Part shown: piece by piece, positions 18,561-27,579 of the stretch
Numbering within the stretch: position 1 is the stretch's first letter
Layout of the letters: each line of letters opens with the position of its first letter
Notes under the pieces: model-generated
The model's database searches: none
What the model was told of the DNA's origin: nothing
What the model saw: the letters and a program-made list of their open reading frames with translations, nothing else
DNA from: an uncultured Candidatus Saccharibacteria bacterium
Lineage (GTDB): Bacteria; Patescibacteriota; Saccharimonadia; Saccharimonadales; Saccharimonadaceae
Reading direction: 5' to 3'
Assembly: GCA_964433705.1 (NCBI GenBank)
Contig: CAYSSH010000001.1
Location: 1 to 48,310 of the forward strand
DNA: 48,310 nt
Position numbers and translations under genes: made by a program

Positions 18561-19355
18561 ATGGGTCCGTCATACAATAATTCTTTTGGTAGCTCCGGTG
18601 TTATCGCTTCGGGTGATGATGTTGCGCCGCTCCCATCGCCAGAAGGAAGCAATAATCGACGCTGGCCGCTTGTTGTCGGCGCAGTTTTGTTGATTGTTGC
18701 AATTATTGCTGGCGTCGCAACTTTTATGATTACACGAAACAACTCCGATTCGTCTAGCGATAATGCTTCGACTACCTCAGAAGCTCGTTCTGCCTTTAAC
18801 CAATATGCTAATTATCTTTTATACGGTGAAGATTCTGACGCAAATCTTGCCTCATTTGACAAAAGTCTTGAGTATTCTATCGATAAAAACTATACCGACG
18901 CAACTTTCCTCACTAATGCTAAAAATAAATACGAAAATTTTTTCAACGTCATTAAAGACAATCCGCCAGCCGAAATTTATCGCATCTCAATTTTAAAAGT
19001 GCCATCTGATTTTGATTTGCTTTTAAGCCAAACAGCAGAAGATAATTCCTCTGATAATTTCTACGCAATTGTTTTACGAGAATACAAAAAACTTTCTGAC
19101 GCTGGCACAATTTCCACCGAAGAATATGAAAACTACCGCAACTCTCTCATTTCTAATGCTGTCAATGAAATCAAAAATCAATGCTACGACCTCGTCGAAG
19201 CCTTTAATGGCAATAACCCATATCAAGATTTAGAAAATACAGATGACACCGACGAATCAACCGAGCCAGAATCGTCAGACGAATCCGCTAAGTCAGAATC
19301 CAGCGAAGAACCAGTAGAGAATTACGAAGGAGAGGTGGAAAATGCTACGGAATAA
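18561..19355 (+). CDS. Single-pass membrane protein with acidic tail
   Basis: 264 aa, TM at residues ~36-57, overlaps the next gene start. Confidence 0.75.
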   Translation: MGPSYNNSFGSSGVIASGDDVAPLPSPEGSNNRRWPLVVGAVLLIVAIIAGVATFMITRNNSDSSSDNASTTSEARSAFNQYANYLLYGEDSDANLASFDKSLEYSIDKNYTDATFLTNAKNKYENFFNVIKDNPPAEIYRISILKVPSDFDLLLSQTAEDNSSDNFYAIVLREYKKLSDAGTISTEEYENYRNSLISNAVNEIKNQCYDLVEAFNGNNPYQDLENTDDTDESTEPESSDESAKSESSEEPVENYEGEVENATE

Positions 19356-22300
19356 AAAAATTACTAAACTTCTTCTAGGGATAATTCTGCTCCTTGTTGG
19401 TTTTGTCGGGACCAGCCATAGCGCCTTTGCTCTTGGTGAATCATACCTCAATAAAGCCGCCGCCTATAATATTTACCGTTGCTACACACAAAGCCAAAAC
19501 GGTACTCCAATTATGAAAAACAACATTGCATTAAATGGATTTAACGACATTAGTTCCTTATTTAACTCTTTCGACTTATCATTTGTCAAAATGCCAGATT
19601 CATCCTCAAGCTGTAGTATGTTTTTGACGGCCAAAGCCCTTGGTGCTGGTCTCAAAGTTGTCCCGTCAAGCACATCGGACAAAATTGCTCTTTTATATCG
19701 TCTTGGCTATGAATCTTCAGATGGTATCAATTTCTCACGTTCATCCGCTCGCGGCGCCGCCACCACCGCCGCCAACTCTGTTCTCGGAACACAATACACC
19801 GACGTTCTAACGGATTCTAAATTCACCGAAGATGAAAAATATCAGCTTTACTCTGGCTATCTTCGCGATGTATATGGCATTAGCGCCGCAAAAGGCACTC
19901 TAGTTTGCGGAAACAAACCGTCCGGTGATGGCTGGAACGAAATGCCATATCTTTTAAATGGCTCGTTTCAGACCTGCTATGCTCGCGTCCTTTTCGACAA
20001 TGGCGTTAAAGTACCCGGATTAAACTCGCTAAATTATTTTACCGGAACTGCTCTTACTGCCAGTCAACTTATTAGCGCCCTTCAAGCCGCCAATCAAAAC
20101 AGCAGCCTCACTGCAACTGGCGCCGCCGCTATCACAAATAACGAGGCGATTAACACGATTATTCAGCGTGCCAACTACGATGCTTATACTTCTGCCGAAG
20201 CGCAAAAAATGGAGCAATCCAGCGTCGCAGTTGACATTAAAGAAATCGACGAAAACTGTCGTGATGCTGGCGTTAAGGGAATTAGTTGGATAGTTTGTCC
20301 AGCTATGACTAATATGGTCCAAACCGTTACCGCGATGGAGAGTCTTATCCAAAGCATGCTGAGCGTTGACTCGGAACTCTACGACAATGACAGTTCAACC
20401 AGATTAGTCTGGGAATACATGCGAAATATTGCCAACTTTATCATCAGCGCTATTCTTCTCATCATTATTTTCTCGCAACTGACCGGTTACGGCATTGATA
20501 ATTATGGCATCAAGCGTATGCTTCCAAAGCTCATCGTCATGGCGATTCTTCTAAATCTTAGTTTTTATATTTGCGAACTAGCCGTCGATGTTTCAAATAT
20601 TGCCGGCGTCGGGCTTAGAGATCTTTTTGCTACCATCGCAAGCAACGCAGACCCAGGTAAGGCGAACATTGTTGAGGGCTTTGTGGCAACTGCCATCTCC
20701 GTATTGTTCACCGCCGCTTCTGCAGGTGGTGCTATTGCTGGCACTGGCGTTGTCACCGCAGTAGCATTTGCTCCAACTATGGTGATGGCAGTGATTGTCA
20801 TCGTCCTCGCTCTTTTGGTAGTCATTGTTGCTATTTTACTATTCTTCCTTGCACTTGGGGCAAGAATGATTATCATCGTTTTTTGCGTTGCCATCTCGCC
20901 GCTTGCCTTTGCTTGTTATATTCTCCCCAACACTCAAAAATTATTCAAACGCTGGTGGTCGCTATTTGAAGCTGCGCTTATTATCTTCCCATTATGCGGC
21001 GCAGTTATGGGCATCAGTTACATTATTAAGGCTATCGTTTCCAATGCTGACGGTGCCCACATTTGGATGTGGATTGTTGCCATTTTCTTGCCGTATCTCC
21101 CATTCTTCCTTATTCCGACCCTACTGAAAAATTCTATTAGCGCTCTTGGTACCGTAGGTGGCGCTCTAACCTCCATGGGTGGTGCTTTTCGCACCGGCAT
21201 CCTGCGCGGTGGCGAGGCGGTTCGTAATTCCGAGGCATTTAAATCTGCTCAAGAAATCACCAACCGCAACCGCGCCAACTGGCAAGCCGGTTTCAAATTC
21301 GACCGCCGCACTGGTCGAGTTGAAATGCGAAACGGCAAGCCGGTTGAGGCTAACGTTAACGGATTCCGTCGCTTTATCTCCGGCGGCACTATCGGCATGG
21401 CAAAAGCTCGCGAGCAATCCCTTAAAAACGAAGACGCTGGCGACAGCGAAGACAATATCATGGCCGACACTAATATCTACTCTGCTCAACGTGTCAAGGA
21501 TCAGAACAAGCAGACCTACAAGGTTGAAGAAGCCAATGAAGGTGTAGCGCGTGTAACGACCCGCTATGCTCGTCAAGACGCCAAGAACCGTCGTATTACT
21601 GAAGAAGAGAAATACGCTGAGGGTCTCGAGCAAGTCAGCCACGAATATGCTCGCCGCACCGCGCGTAACGAGCGTCTCGAAAAGCAAGCTAAGATTGATG
21701 AGCTCCCAGCCAATGCTCGTTACAGTACTCTTCGTCAGCGCGCCGCCAACCAGCGCATGACCGACCAAGCCAAGATGCGCCGCGCGCCGGTTATGACCGA
21801 GGCCTACGCCAATCAGCTCGCTGACAACGAAGTCGAAATGGAACAGGGCAAAATCGATGTCGGCGCTCCGAATGTCAGTCGTGCATACGCTCACCGCGTT
21901 GCTTCAAATGCTAAAATTAATGAACAAGCCAAAATTGATAATCTCCCGGCTCAAATGACGCGAGAATACGCCAATCAAACCGCCGCGAACGAATCAACTC
22001 GTCAACGAGCCCAAATCAATGAAGGTGCAGTCCGCACGAATTATGCGTATGAGAGACAAATGGCAGAAAATGCTCGACTTGGACAGCAAGCGAAAATCGA
22101 TGTCGGCGCTCCTGTCATGCAAAGAGGTACGCTTGAGGCCATCGCTAACAACGAACGTCTCATGACTAACGCCCAACAGCAAGTTGGTGTTGCTGCGATC
22201 AACGAACAAATCGCCCGGTCGCGCGCCGAAGCCTCCCGCGATTCTCAGGAATACAAACTTGCACTCGATCAGTTCAGCAATCTGGACAAATCCGCCCGCC

Positions 22301-22959
22301 AAACCGAACTTTGGAGAGCGACTTATGGTTCTGGTACTGGCGCCGGCGCTCGTACCCGCGCCGCCTTCGACTCGCTCTTTAAAACTGGTGATATGGCCGA
22401 GATTCTTCAAGTTATGCAAAATATCCAACCCGCCACTCTCGACCCCAGCGTTCGCGAAAGCCTTGTACAATCCGCTTCCGCCTCTGGCAACGTGCTTTTG
22501 AAAGGTTGGGCTAAAACTAATGGTATGGTAAATCTCAACAACTATATTACCAGCACAGCCGGCAATAACGGCGGTCTTCGAGATTACATTAACAATAACG
22601 CCGGTGCCCACGCTCTCGATAATATGGATAAAGATACCCTTAAAACTATCTCTGAAGTTCCTGGTTCCGCCTCCGCTCTCGCTCCAATTGTCTTGAGAAA
22701 CGCCGCCGTCAGCTCTGCCAACCAAAACGCTGTTTCTCGTCAGGCCATCATTAAACTCATCAATGATCCAAGCAGTAACAAAAACGCCATTGGTAACGAA
22801 TTTAGCGCCAGCGACCTTACTAAGATTTCCGCCGAAGTCGCTCGCGCCCTTGGCCCAACCGCTCTTGCAAAGGCCATCGCCGAGGCCAAGAAACCAGGGA
22901 ACGAGTCCATTCTCGCTGGCATTCCTACCCCAGTCAAACAAGAACTCGGCATCGTCTAG
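19342..22959 (+). CDS. Large VirB6/TrbL-like type IV secretion membrane protein with repeat-rich C-terminus
   Basis: Signal peptide; GISWIVCP, WEYMRNIAN, YGIKRMLPKL, NLSFYIC...VDVSNI, ISPLAFACYILPNT polytopic core resembling CPR VirB6-like proteins (recognised from memory). Confidence 0.7.
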   Translation: MLRNKKITKLLLGIILLLVGFVGTSHSAFALGESYLNKAAAYNIYRCYTQSQNGTPIMKNNIALNGFNDISSLFNSFDLSFVKMPDSSSSCSMFLTAKALGAGLKVVPSSTSDKIALLYRLGYESSDGINFSRSSARGAATTAANSVLGTQYTDVLTDSKFTEDEKYQLYSGYLRDVYGISAAKGTLVCGNKPSGDGWNEMPYLLNGSFQTCYARVLFDNGVKVPGLNSLNYFTGTALTASQLISALQAANQNSSLTATGAAAITNNEAINTIIQRANYDAYTSAEAQKMEQSSVAVDIKEIDENCRDAGVKGISWIVCPAMTNMVQTVTAMESLIQSMLSVDSELYDNDSSTRLVWEYMRNIANFIISAILLIIIFSQLTGYGIDNYGIKRMLPKLIVMAILLNLSFYICELAVDVSNIAGVGLRDLFATIASNADPGKANIVEGFVATAISVLFTAASAGGAIAGTGVVTAVAFAPTMVMAVIVIVLALLVVIVAILLFFLALGARMIIIVFCVAISPLAFACYILPNTQKLFKRWWSLFEAALIIFPLCGAVMGISYIIKAIVSNADGAHIWMWIVAIFLPYLPFFLIPTLLKNSISALGTVGGALTSMGGAFRTGILRGGEAVRNSEAFKSAQEITNRNRANWQAGFKFDRRTGRVEMRNGKPVEANVNGFRRFISGGTIGMAKAREQSLKNEDAGDSEDNIMADTNIYSAQRVKDQNKQTYKVEEANEGVARVTTRYARQDAKNRRITEEEKYAEGLEQVSHEYARRTARNERLEKQAKIDELPANARYSTLRQRAANQRMTDQAKMRRAPVMTEAYANQLADNEVEMEQGKIDVGAPNVSRAYAHRVASNAKINEQAKIDNLPAQMTREYANQTAANESTRQRAQINEGAVRTNYAYERQMAENARLGQQAKIDVGAPVMQRGTLEAIANNERLMTNAQQQVGVAAINEQIARSRAEASRDSQEYKLALDQFSNLDKSARQTELWRATYGSGTGAGARTRAAFDSLFKTGDMAEILQVMQNIQPATLDPSVRESLVQSASASGNVLLKGWAKTNGMVNLNNYITSTAGNNGGLRDYINNNAGAHALDNMDKDTLKTISEVPGSASALAPIVLRNAAVSSANQNAVSRQAIIKLINDPSSNKNAIGNEFSASDLTKISAEVARALGPTALAKAIAEAKKPGNESILAGIPTPVKQELGIV

Positions 22960-22970
22960 CTTTGTGCAGT

Positions 22971-23753
22971 TTATCTTGCCGCCTGTAAAAGATGCTCAAA
23001 CAAACACGTTACCGTTAGCGGCCCCACCCCGCCTTTCACCGGCGTGATTCCGCCGAGATCCCCCCGCTCTCTCACCTCATCCGAAACGTCCCCCCGAAGT
23101 ACCCCCTTATCCGAAGCTGTGCCAGCGTCCACGATTATTGCCCCCGTCTTTACCATCTCACCAGAAATTAAACCGGGAACACCAGTTGCACTTATGATTA
23201 TATCAAAGTTCTTAAGTTTTGTCAAGTCATCCCCGCGGTGAAACAGGGAAACACTATAGGAAGAGTCAGAAAACATCTTAAAAAGCGGCGCTCCAACCAA
23301 TTTCCCGCGCCCCACAATCGCAATTTTCGCGCTTGCTAGATTCACATCGTAACCGCTAAGCAGCCACAAAATCGCCGTCGCCGTCGCCGAATCAAACATC
23401 CCCGCCCCAGACAGTCCATCCACATCCTTCTCTGGCGAAATCAACGCCGTTATCTCATCTGTCCGCTCTTTCTCCACAATCGGCAGCTGCAAAATCATAC
23501 CATCAATACTATCATCCTCGTTTGCTTCCAAGATTTTCGTCCGGATTTCCTCTGTTGATTTCGCACAAAAATCAATCACCCGAACGCCAATATCTTCGCC
23601 ATACGACATCTTTAAATTCACATACTTACAAATCACCGGATCATCCGAGTCGCGAATGATTAGTAGCGTCGGCTGCTTCCGCATCCCACGCACTTCTCGC
23701 GCTTGCCGCTCTTTAATATAACCTGCGAGTTCCGCTCCGTTTAAGATTTTCAT
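22971..23753 (-). CDS. folD: Bifunctional methylenetetrahydrofolate dehydrogenase/cyclohydrolase
   Basis: DGMILQLP, PEKDVDGL, VGRGKLVGAP, TPVKGGVGPLTV. Confidence 0.93.
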   Translation of the reverse strand: MKILNGAELAGYIKERQAREVRGMRKQPTLLIIRDSDDPVICKYVNLKMSYGEDIGVRVIDFCAKSTEEIRTKILEANEDDSIDGMILQLPIVEKERTDEITALISPEKDVDGLSGAGMFDSATATAILWLLSGYDVNLASAKIAIVGRGKLVGAPLFKMFSDSSYSVSLFHRGDDLTKLKNFDIIISATGVPGLISGEMVKTGAIIVDAGTASDKGVLRGDVSDEVRERGDLGGITPVKGGVGPLTVTCLFEHLLQAAR

Positions 23754-24757
23754 ATTTCTACTGGTTCCTGTTCTAGCGTGTAGCCAAATTTCTCGCGCAC
23801 CGCTTCGATAATTTCACTTCTCGCCGCCGCCAAATCATCATACGAAGTCGCCGATTCATTAATCAGGACCAGCGCCGCTTTCGGATTTACCCGCATCCCA
23901 TGAAGTAATGACCCCTTTAGTCCACATTCTTCAATCAACCACCCAGAGTTAATCTTTAATCCGTCATGACCATGATAAACCGGATAACCCTTCGCCTCAG
24001 CTTCTTTCGCTTCCGCCTCACTCAGATAAATATTCTTAAAAAACGACCCAGCCGAAGCCTTCACTCGCGGGTCAGGCAACTTATCTGCCCGAATCTCCGA
24101 TACAATCTCCCGAATCGCACGCGGCGAAAAATCCGAAATCCCTTTTGCCTCAATATACCGCTCTACCGAATTGTAAAACGGTCGTGTCATCTGACCGTAT
24201 CCTAACCGTAATACAATTGCACCCACAAAATACCGTCCCTTCTCGCTCGTGTTTAGAATTGACTTACGGTATGAGAATCCAAAATCAGCCTTGTTTAAAG
24301 TCCGAAACTCGTCATTTAGGCTATCATAAACTTCCGCCGACGCAAAAACTTGCGAAATATCTTGCCCATAAGCTCCGATATTTTGTACTGGCGCCGCCCC
24401 CGAGAGCCCTGGGATTTTCGATAGTGCCTCAATTCCAGTTAATCCGCGAGCCACCGTTGCTTCGACCGCCGCGTCCCATTCTGTCCCACCCGTAATTCTT
24501 ACCATCACCGAGCCGTCTTTCTCGTCAAATTCCACTCCGCGCGCCACATTCTTAATAATCACTCCATCAAATCCTGCATCCTTCGCAATCGTATTTGCAC
24601 CACCGCCAAGCACAAACGTTGGTAAATTCTTTTCCCGCGCAAATTTATATGCCTCGCGCACTTCTTCTGGCGACTCAACTTCGATTACATATCGCGCTGG
24701 CCCGCCAAGCCGCATCGTCGTAAGTTTTGACAAAAGCACATTTTCTATAATCTTCAT
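23750..24757 (-). CDS. murB: UDP-N-acetylenolpyruvoylglucosamine reductase
   Basis: TTMRLGGPA, LGGGAN, IPGLSGAAPVQNIGAYG, SAGSFFKN, LEQEP; start moved to ATG 24757. Confidence 0.95.
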   Translation of the reverse strand: MKIIENVLLSKLTTMRLGGPARYVIEVESPEEVREAYKFAREKNLPTFVLGGGANTIAKDAGFDGVIIKNVARGVEFDEKDGSVMVRITGGTEWDAAVEATVARGLTGIEALSKIPGLSGAAPVQNIGAYGQDISQVFASAEVYDSLNDEFRTLNKADFGFSYRKSILNTSEKGRYFVGAIVLRLGYGQMTRPFYNSVERYIEAKGISDFSPRAIREIVSEIRADKLPDPRVKASAGSFFKNIYLSEAEAKEAEAKGYPVYHGHDGLKINSGWLIEECGLKGSLLHGMRVNPKAALVLINESATSYDDLAAARSEIIEAVREKFGYTLEQEPVEI

Positions 24758-24857
24758 ATCTCTTATTCTACCATTTTTTCCCAAAAAAATAAAACCCATT
24801 CTATCATATCTCTCTCCAAAAATCAATCCCCCACCCTGCGCTTATGCTTAATACGCG

Positions 24858-24963
24858 AGGTATAGGGTTGACTTTTGATTTTTGGTATGCTAAAAGATTG
24901 ACAGGAATAAGGCTGGCGCAGCGCAATTTATCATACACAAGTGTCAAAGTCAACCCTATTCCT
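24858..24963. repeat. Long imperfect inverted repeat between murB and recA
   Basis: ATAGGGTTGACTTT (24862-24875) / AAAGTCAACCCTAT (24946-24959) perfect 14-bp arms with further pairing inside and outside. Confidence 0.85.
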
Positions 24964-25010
24964 AAAAAAGTTTTTATTATATAATATAGTATAGAAAGAA
25001 AGGTAATACT

Positions 25011-26099
25011 ATGGTTAAAAAAGATGCGGTGGCAGAAAACAACAATAAAAGTCCGAACGATATCAAGAATGGCATCAAAAACGATGTTAAAAATGACAGC
25101 ATGAACGACAAAAAGAACGATGGCAAAATGGAAGCCCTTAAACTTGCAATGGCGCAAATCACCAAGCAATTTGGCGACGGGTCAATCATGAAGCTCGGTG
25201 AAACCCCGAAAATGGATGTAGAATTATTGCCTTCTGGTTCGCTCGCTTTAGATTTAGCGCTCGGCGGTGGTTGGCCGAAGGGTAGAATTATCGAAATCTA
25301 TGGTCCGGAATCATCTGGTAAAACTACTTTAGCACTCCACGCGATTGCCGAGATTCAGAAGCAAGGCGGTCAAGCGGCTTTCATTGATGCAGAGCATGCT
25401 CTTGACCCGGCCTACGCTAAAAAAATCGGCGTAAAAACCGAAGACCTGCTTATTTCGCAACCGGACAACGGTGAACAGGCACTTGAAATTTGTGAAACGC
25501 TCGTGCGCTCTAATGCTGTAGATTTAATCGTGGTTGACTCCGTTGCGGCGCTCGTTCCACAAGCCGAAATAGATGGCGATATGGGAGACGCTCAAATGGG
25601 TCTTCAGGCGCGCCTTATGAGTCAAGCCATGCGCAAACTTACCGGTATCATCAGTAAATCTCGCGCTACGGTTATTTTTATCAACCAAATTCGTATGAAA
25701 ATCGGCGTGATGTTCGGTAATCCTGAAACTACGACCGGCGGTAACGCTCTGAAATTCTATGCTTCAGTGCGTGTAGATATTCGCCGTATCGGTCAAATTA
25801 AAGATGGCGATAACATCGCAGGGAACCGTACGAAGATCAAGGTCGTGAAAAACAAAATAGCCGCTCCGTTCCGTACCGCCGAATTTGATATTATGTACAA
25901 CGAAGGAATTTCTAAAACCGGCGACGTCCTGGACCTCGGCGTTCAATATGGTATCCTTGACAAGGCCGGCGCCTTCATTAAATACAACGGCGAGACTCTC
26001 GGCCAGGGTCGCGAAGCCGTAAAAAAGTTGTTCAAAGAAAAGCCAGAGCTAATGGCTGAGATTGAGGCTCAAGTTCGCGAAAAAGCCAAGGCGGAATAA
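25011..26099 (+). CDS. recA: Recombinase RecA
   Basis: [42 protein letters not shown]. Confidence 0.99.
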   Translation: MVKKDAVAENNNKSPNDIKNGIKNDVKNDSMNDKKNDGKMEALKLAMAQITKQFGDGSIMKLGETPKMDVELLPSGSLALDLALGGGWPKGRIIEIYGPESSGKTTLALHAIAEIQKQGGQAAFIDAEHALDPAYAKKIGVKTEDLLISQPDNGEQALEICETLVRSNAVDLIVVDSVAALVPQAEIDGDMGDAQMGLQARLMSQAMRKLTGIISKSRATVIFINQIRMKIGVMFGNPETTTGGNALKFYASVRVDIRRIGQIKDGDNIAGNRTKIKVVKNKIAAPFRTAEFDIMYNEGISKTGDVLDLGVQYGILDKAGAFIKYNGETLGQGREAVKKLFKEKPELMAEIEAQVREKAKAE

Positions 26100-26102
26100 T
26101 CA

Positions 26103-26813
26103 GTGGAGATTTATAAACTCAGCAGTACGGTGGGGCCGGCCAGTCCTCGGTCGGCTCCTGCCGAATCGCAGCCGGACACCATCGCGCTTACGATTACCGA
26201 CATTAAGCAAGCCGTCCACAATGAAAATCGTGTCAATGTTTATGTGAATGGTAAGTATTCTTTTTCGCTCGACATTGCGCAAGTTGTTGACATGGGCGTC
26301 AAAATCGGCCGCGTTCTTACCGCCGAAGAACTCGCGGATTTTAAGCGCGCCTCAGAATTTGGCAAACTCTATCAGCGCACTCTTGAATGGGTTCTTACCC
26401 GCCCGCGTTCGGAACGTGAAACCCGCGATTATCTCTACAAAAAAATCCGCGAAAAAAATCTAGACAGAACCTTCATCGACGAAATAATCCAAAAACTTTT
26501 TGCCAAAAACTATTTAAACGACGAAAAGTTCGCCGCTTACTATATTGAAAACCGTTTTACTAAAAAGGGAATCAGCGCCAAACGCTTAAAGCTCGAACTT
26601 ATGAAAAAAGGCATTGGAAACGAACTCGTGGATGAAATCTTGGACCAATCCCCAAGAACCGACGAGGCTGAAATCAAAAAAATCATCAAACGAAAACGTA
26701 CCAAATACGATGATGATAAACTTATTCAATATCTATGTCGTCAAGGTTTTGATTACGCTCTTTCGCGTGAACTTGTTCAGTCTTTCGAAACGGATTCACA
26801 AAATTCGGAATAA
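26103..26813 (+). CDS. recX: Regulatory protein RecX
   Basis: Directly after recA; RPRSERE, YLNDEKFA, ELMKKGI, YLCRQGF; start uncertain. Confidence 0.9.
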   Translation: MEIYKLSSTVGPASPRSAPAESQPDTIALTITDIKQAVHNENRVNVYVNGKYSFSLDIAQVVDMGVKIGRVLTAEELADFKRASEFGKLYQRTLEWVLTRPRSERETRDYLYKKIREKNLDRTFIDEIIQKLFAKNYLNDEKFAAYYIENRFTKKGISAKRLKLELMKKGIGNELVDEILDQSPRTDEAEIKKIIKRKRTKYDDDKLIQYLCRQGFDYALSRELVQSFETDSQNSE

Positions 26814-27330
26814 ACTCCGTCGTCTCCGCCTTCCGCTTTATCGCGTCCTCTTCGTCTTTTACAATTAATTTTTCATCCGTCACTTCCACAATCTCCCGGC
26901 GGGGAATAATTAACTCCGGGTCTAAAAACGATTTCACAAGCGGCCGCTTTACTATAATCTGCTGGACCATAAAATCTTCCGAAGTGATCGTAAAATCTAC
27001 TACGCGCCCAAGTTTTGTACCTTTTTTCGTTTCTACTTTTAGCCCCACTAACGAAAAATTCAGCTTCACTACTTTTTCAATTCTAATCACGTCTTCTCGC
27101 CCTACAAACTCATCTGCCGAATCAACTACCATTCCCATTACCGAATATTCCCGTACCGATTTCACATCCAGAATATTCGCATTCCTATCCACTAGTGACC
27201 CCACTAAATAAAACGCAATAATTTTTAGCGAATCCGGATCCACAATTGGCTCATAAATCTGCCCTACCGGCGCCGCCGCTTGCATACTTAGAATCGGCGT
27301 CCCGATTAAACGATTCGCATAGACTAACAT
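26722..27330 (-). CDS. PRC-barrel domain protein
   Basis: Two PRC-like repeats (LIGTPI...VGQI; LVGLKVETKKGTKLGRVVDF). Confidence 0.8.
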   Translation of the reverse strand: MLVYANRLIGTPILSMQAAAPVGQIYEPIVDPDSLKIIAFYLVGSLVDRNANILDVKSVREYSVMGMVVDSADEFVGREDVIRIEKVVKLNFSLVGLKVETKKGTKLGRVVDFTITSEDFMVQQIIVKRPLVKSFLDPELIIPRREIVEVTDEKLIVKDEEDAIKRKAETTEFIPNFVNPFRKTEQVHAKERNQNLDDIDIE

Positions 27331-27396
27331 ACTTTTATTATAACAAAAATTCGAAAAAAACTATTGAAAAAAATTAAAACGTGCTATAATAAAAGT

Positions 27397-27579
27397 ATTA
27401 CAACTTTAAGAAGTGCGTTCCAGAGTTGTATCAGAAACATTTTATCGCTAAAAGGTGATAAAGGCACCAAGAGGGCCTAGTCTTTTAGCGAAAGCTACAG
27501 CTCTGGAACGCACCCTCGTGGTGCCTTTATTGGTTTTGGCCTCACGAGTAATAATATTAACAACACGAGAGGTCACCAA
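27397..27579 (+). ncRNA. Candidate structured 5' leader RNA of the DGR-target-like gene
   Basis: TGCTATAAT at 27382-27390; helices 27413-27430/27496-27513, 27445-27454/27482-27491, 27458-27475/27513-27530, 27537-27543/27569-27575. Confidence 0.6.

Noticed and set aside
26722-26813. Convergent 3' overlaps (recX/PRC gene; also 7390-7442) as a regulatory system
   Set aside because: Common in compact genomes; no further signal.
14664-27572. Inverted ATTAACAA cores at ~14666, ~17077 and ~27556 as further copies of the cassette repeat
   Set aside because: Only 8-11 bp match in AT-rich DNA and the flanking arm is missing; needs profile scoring.
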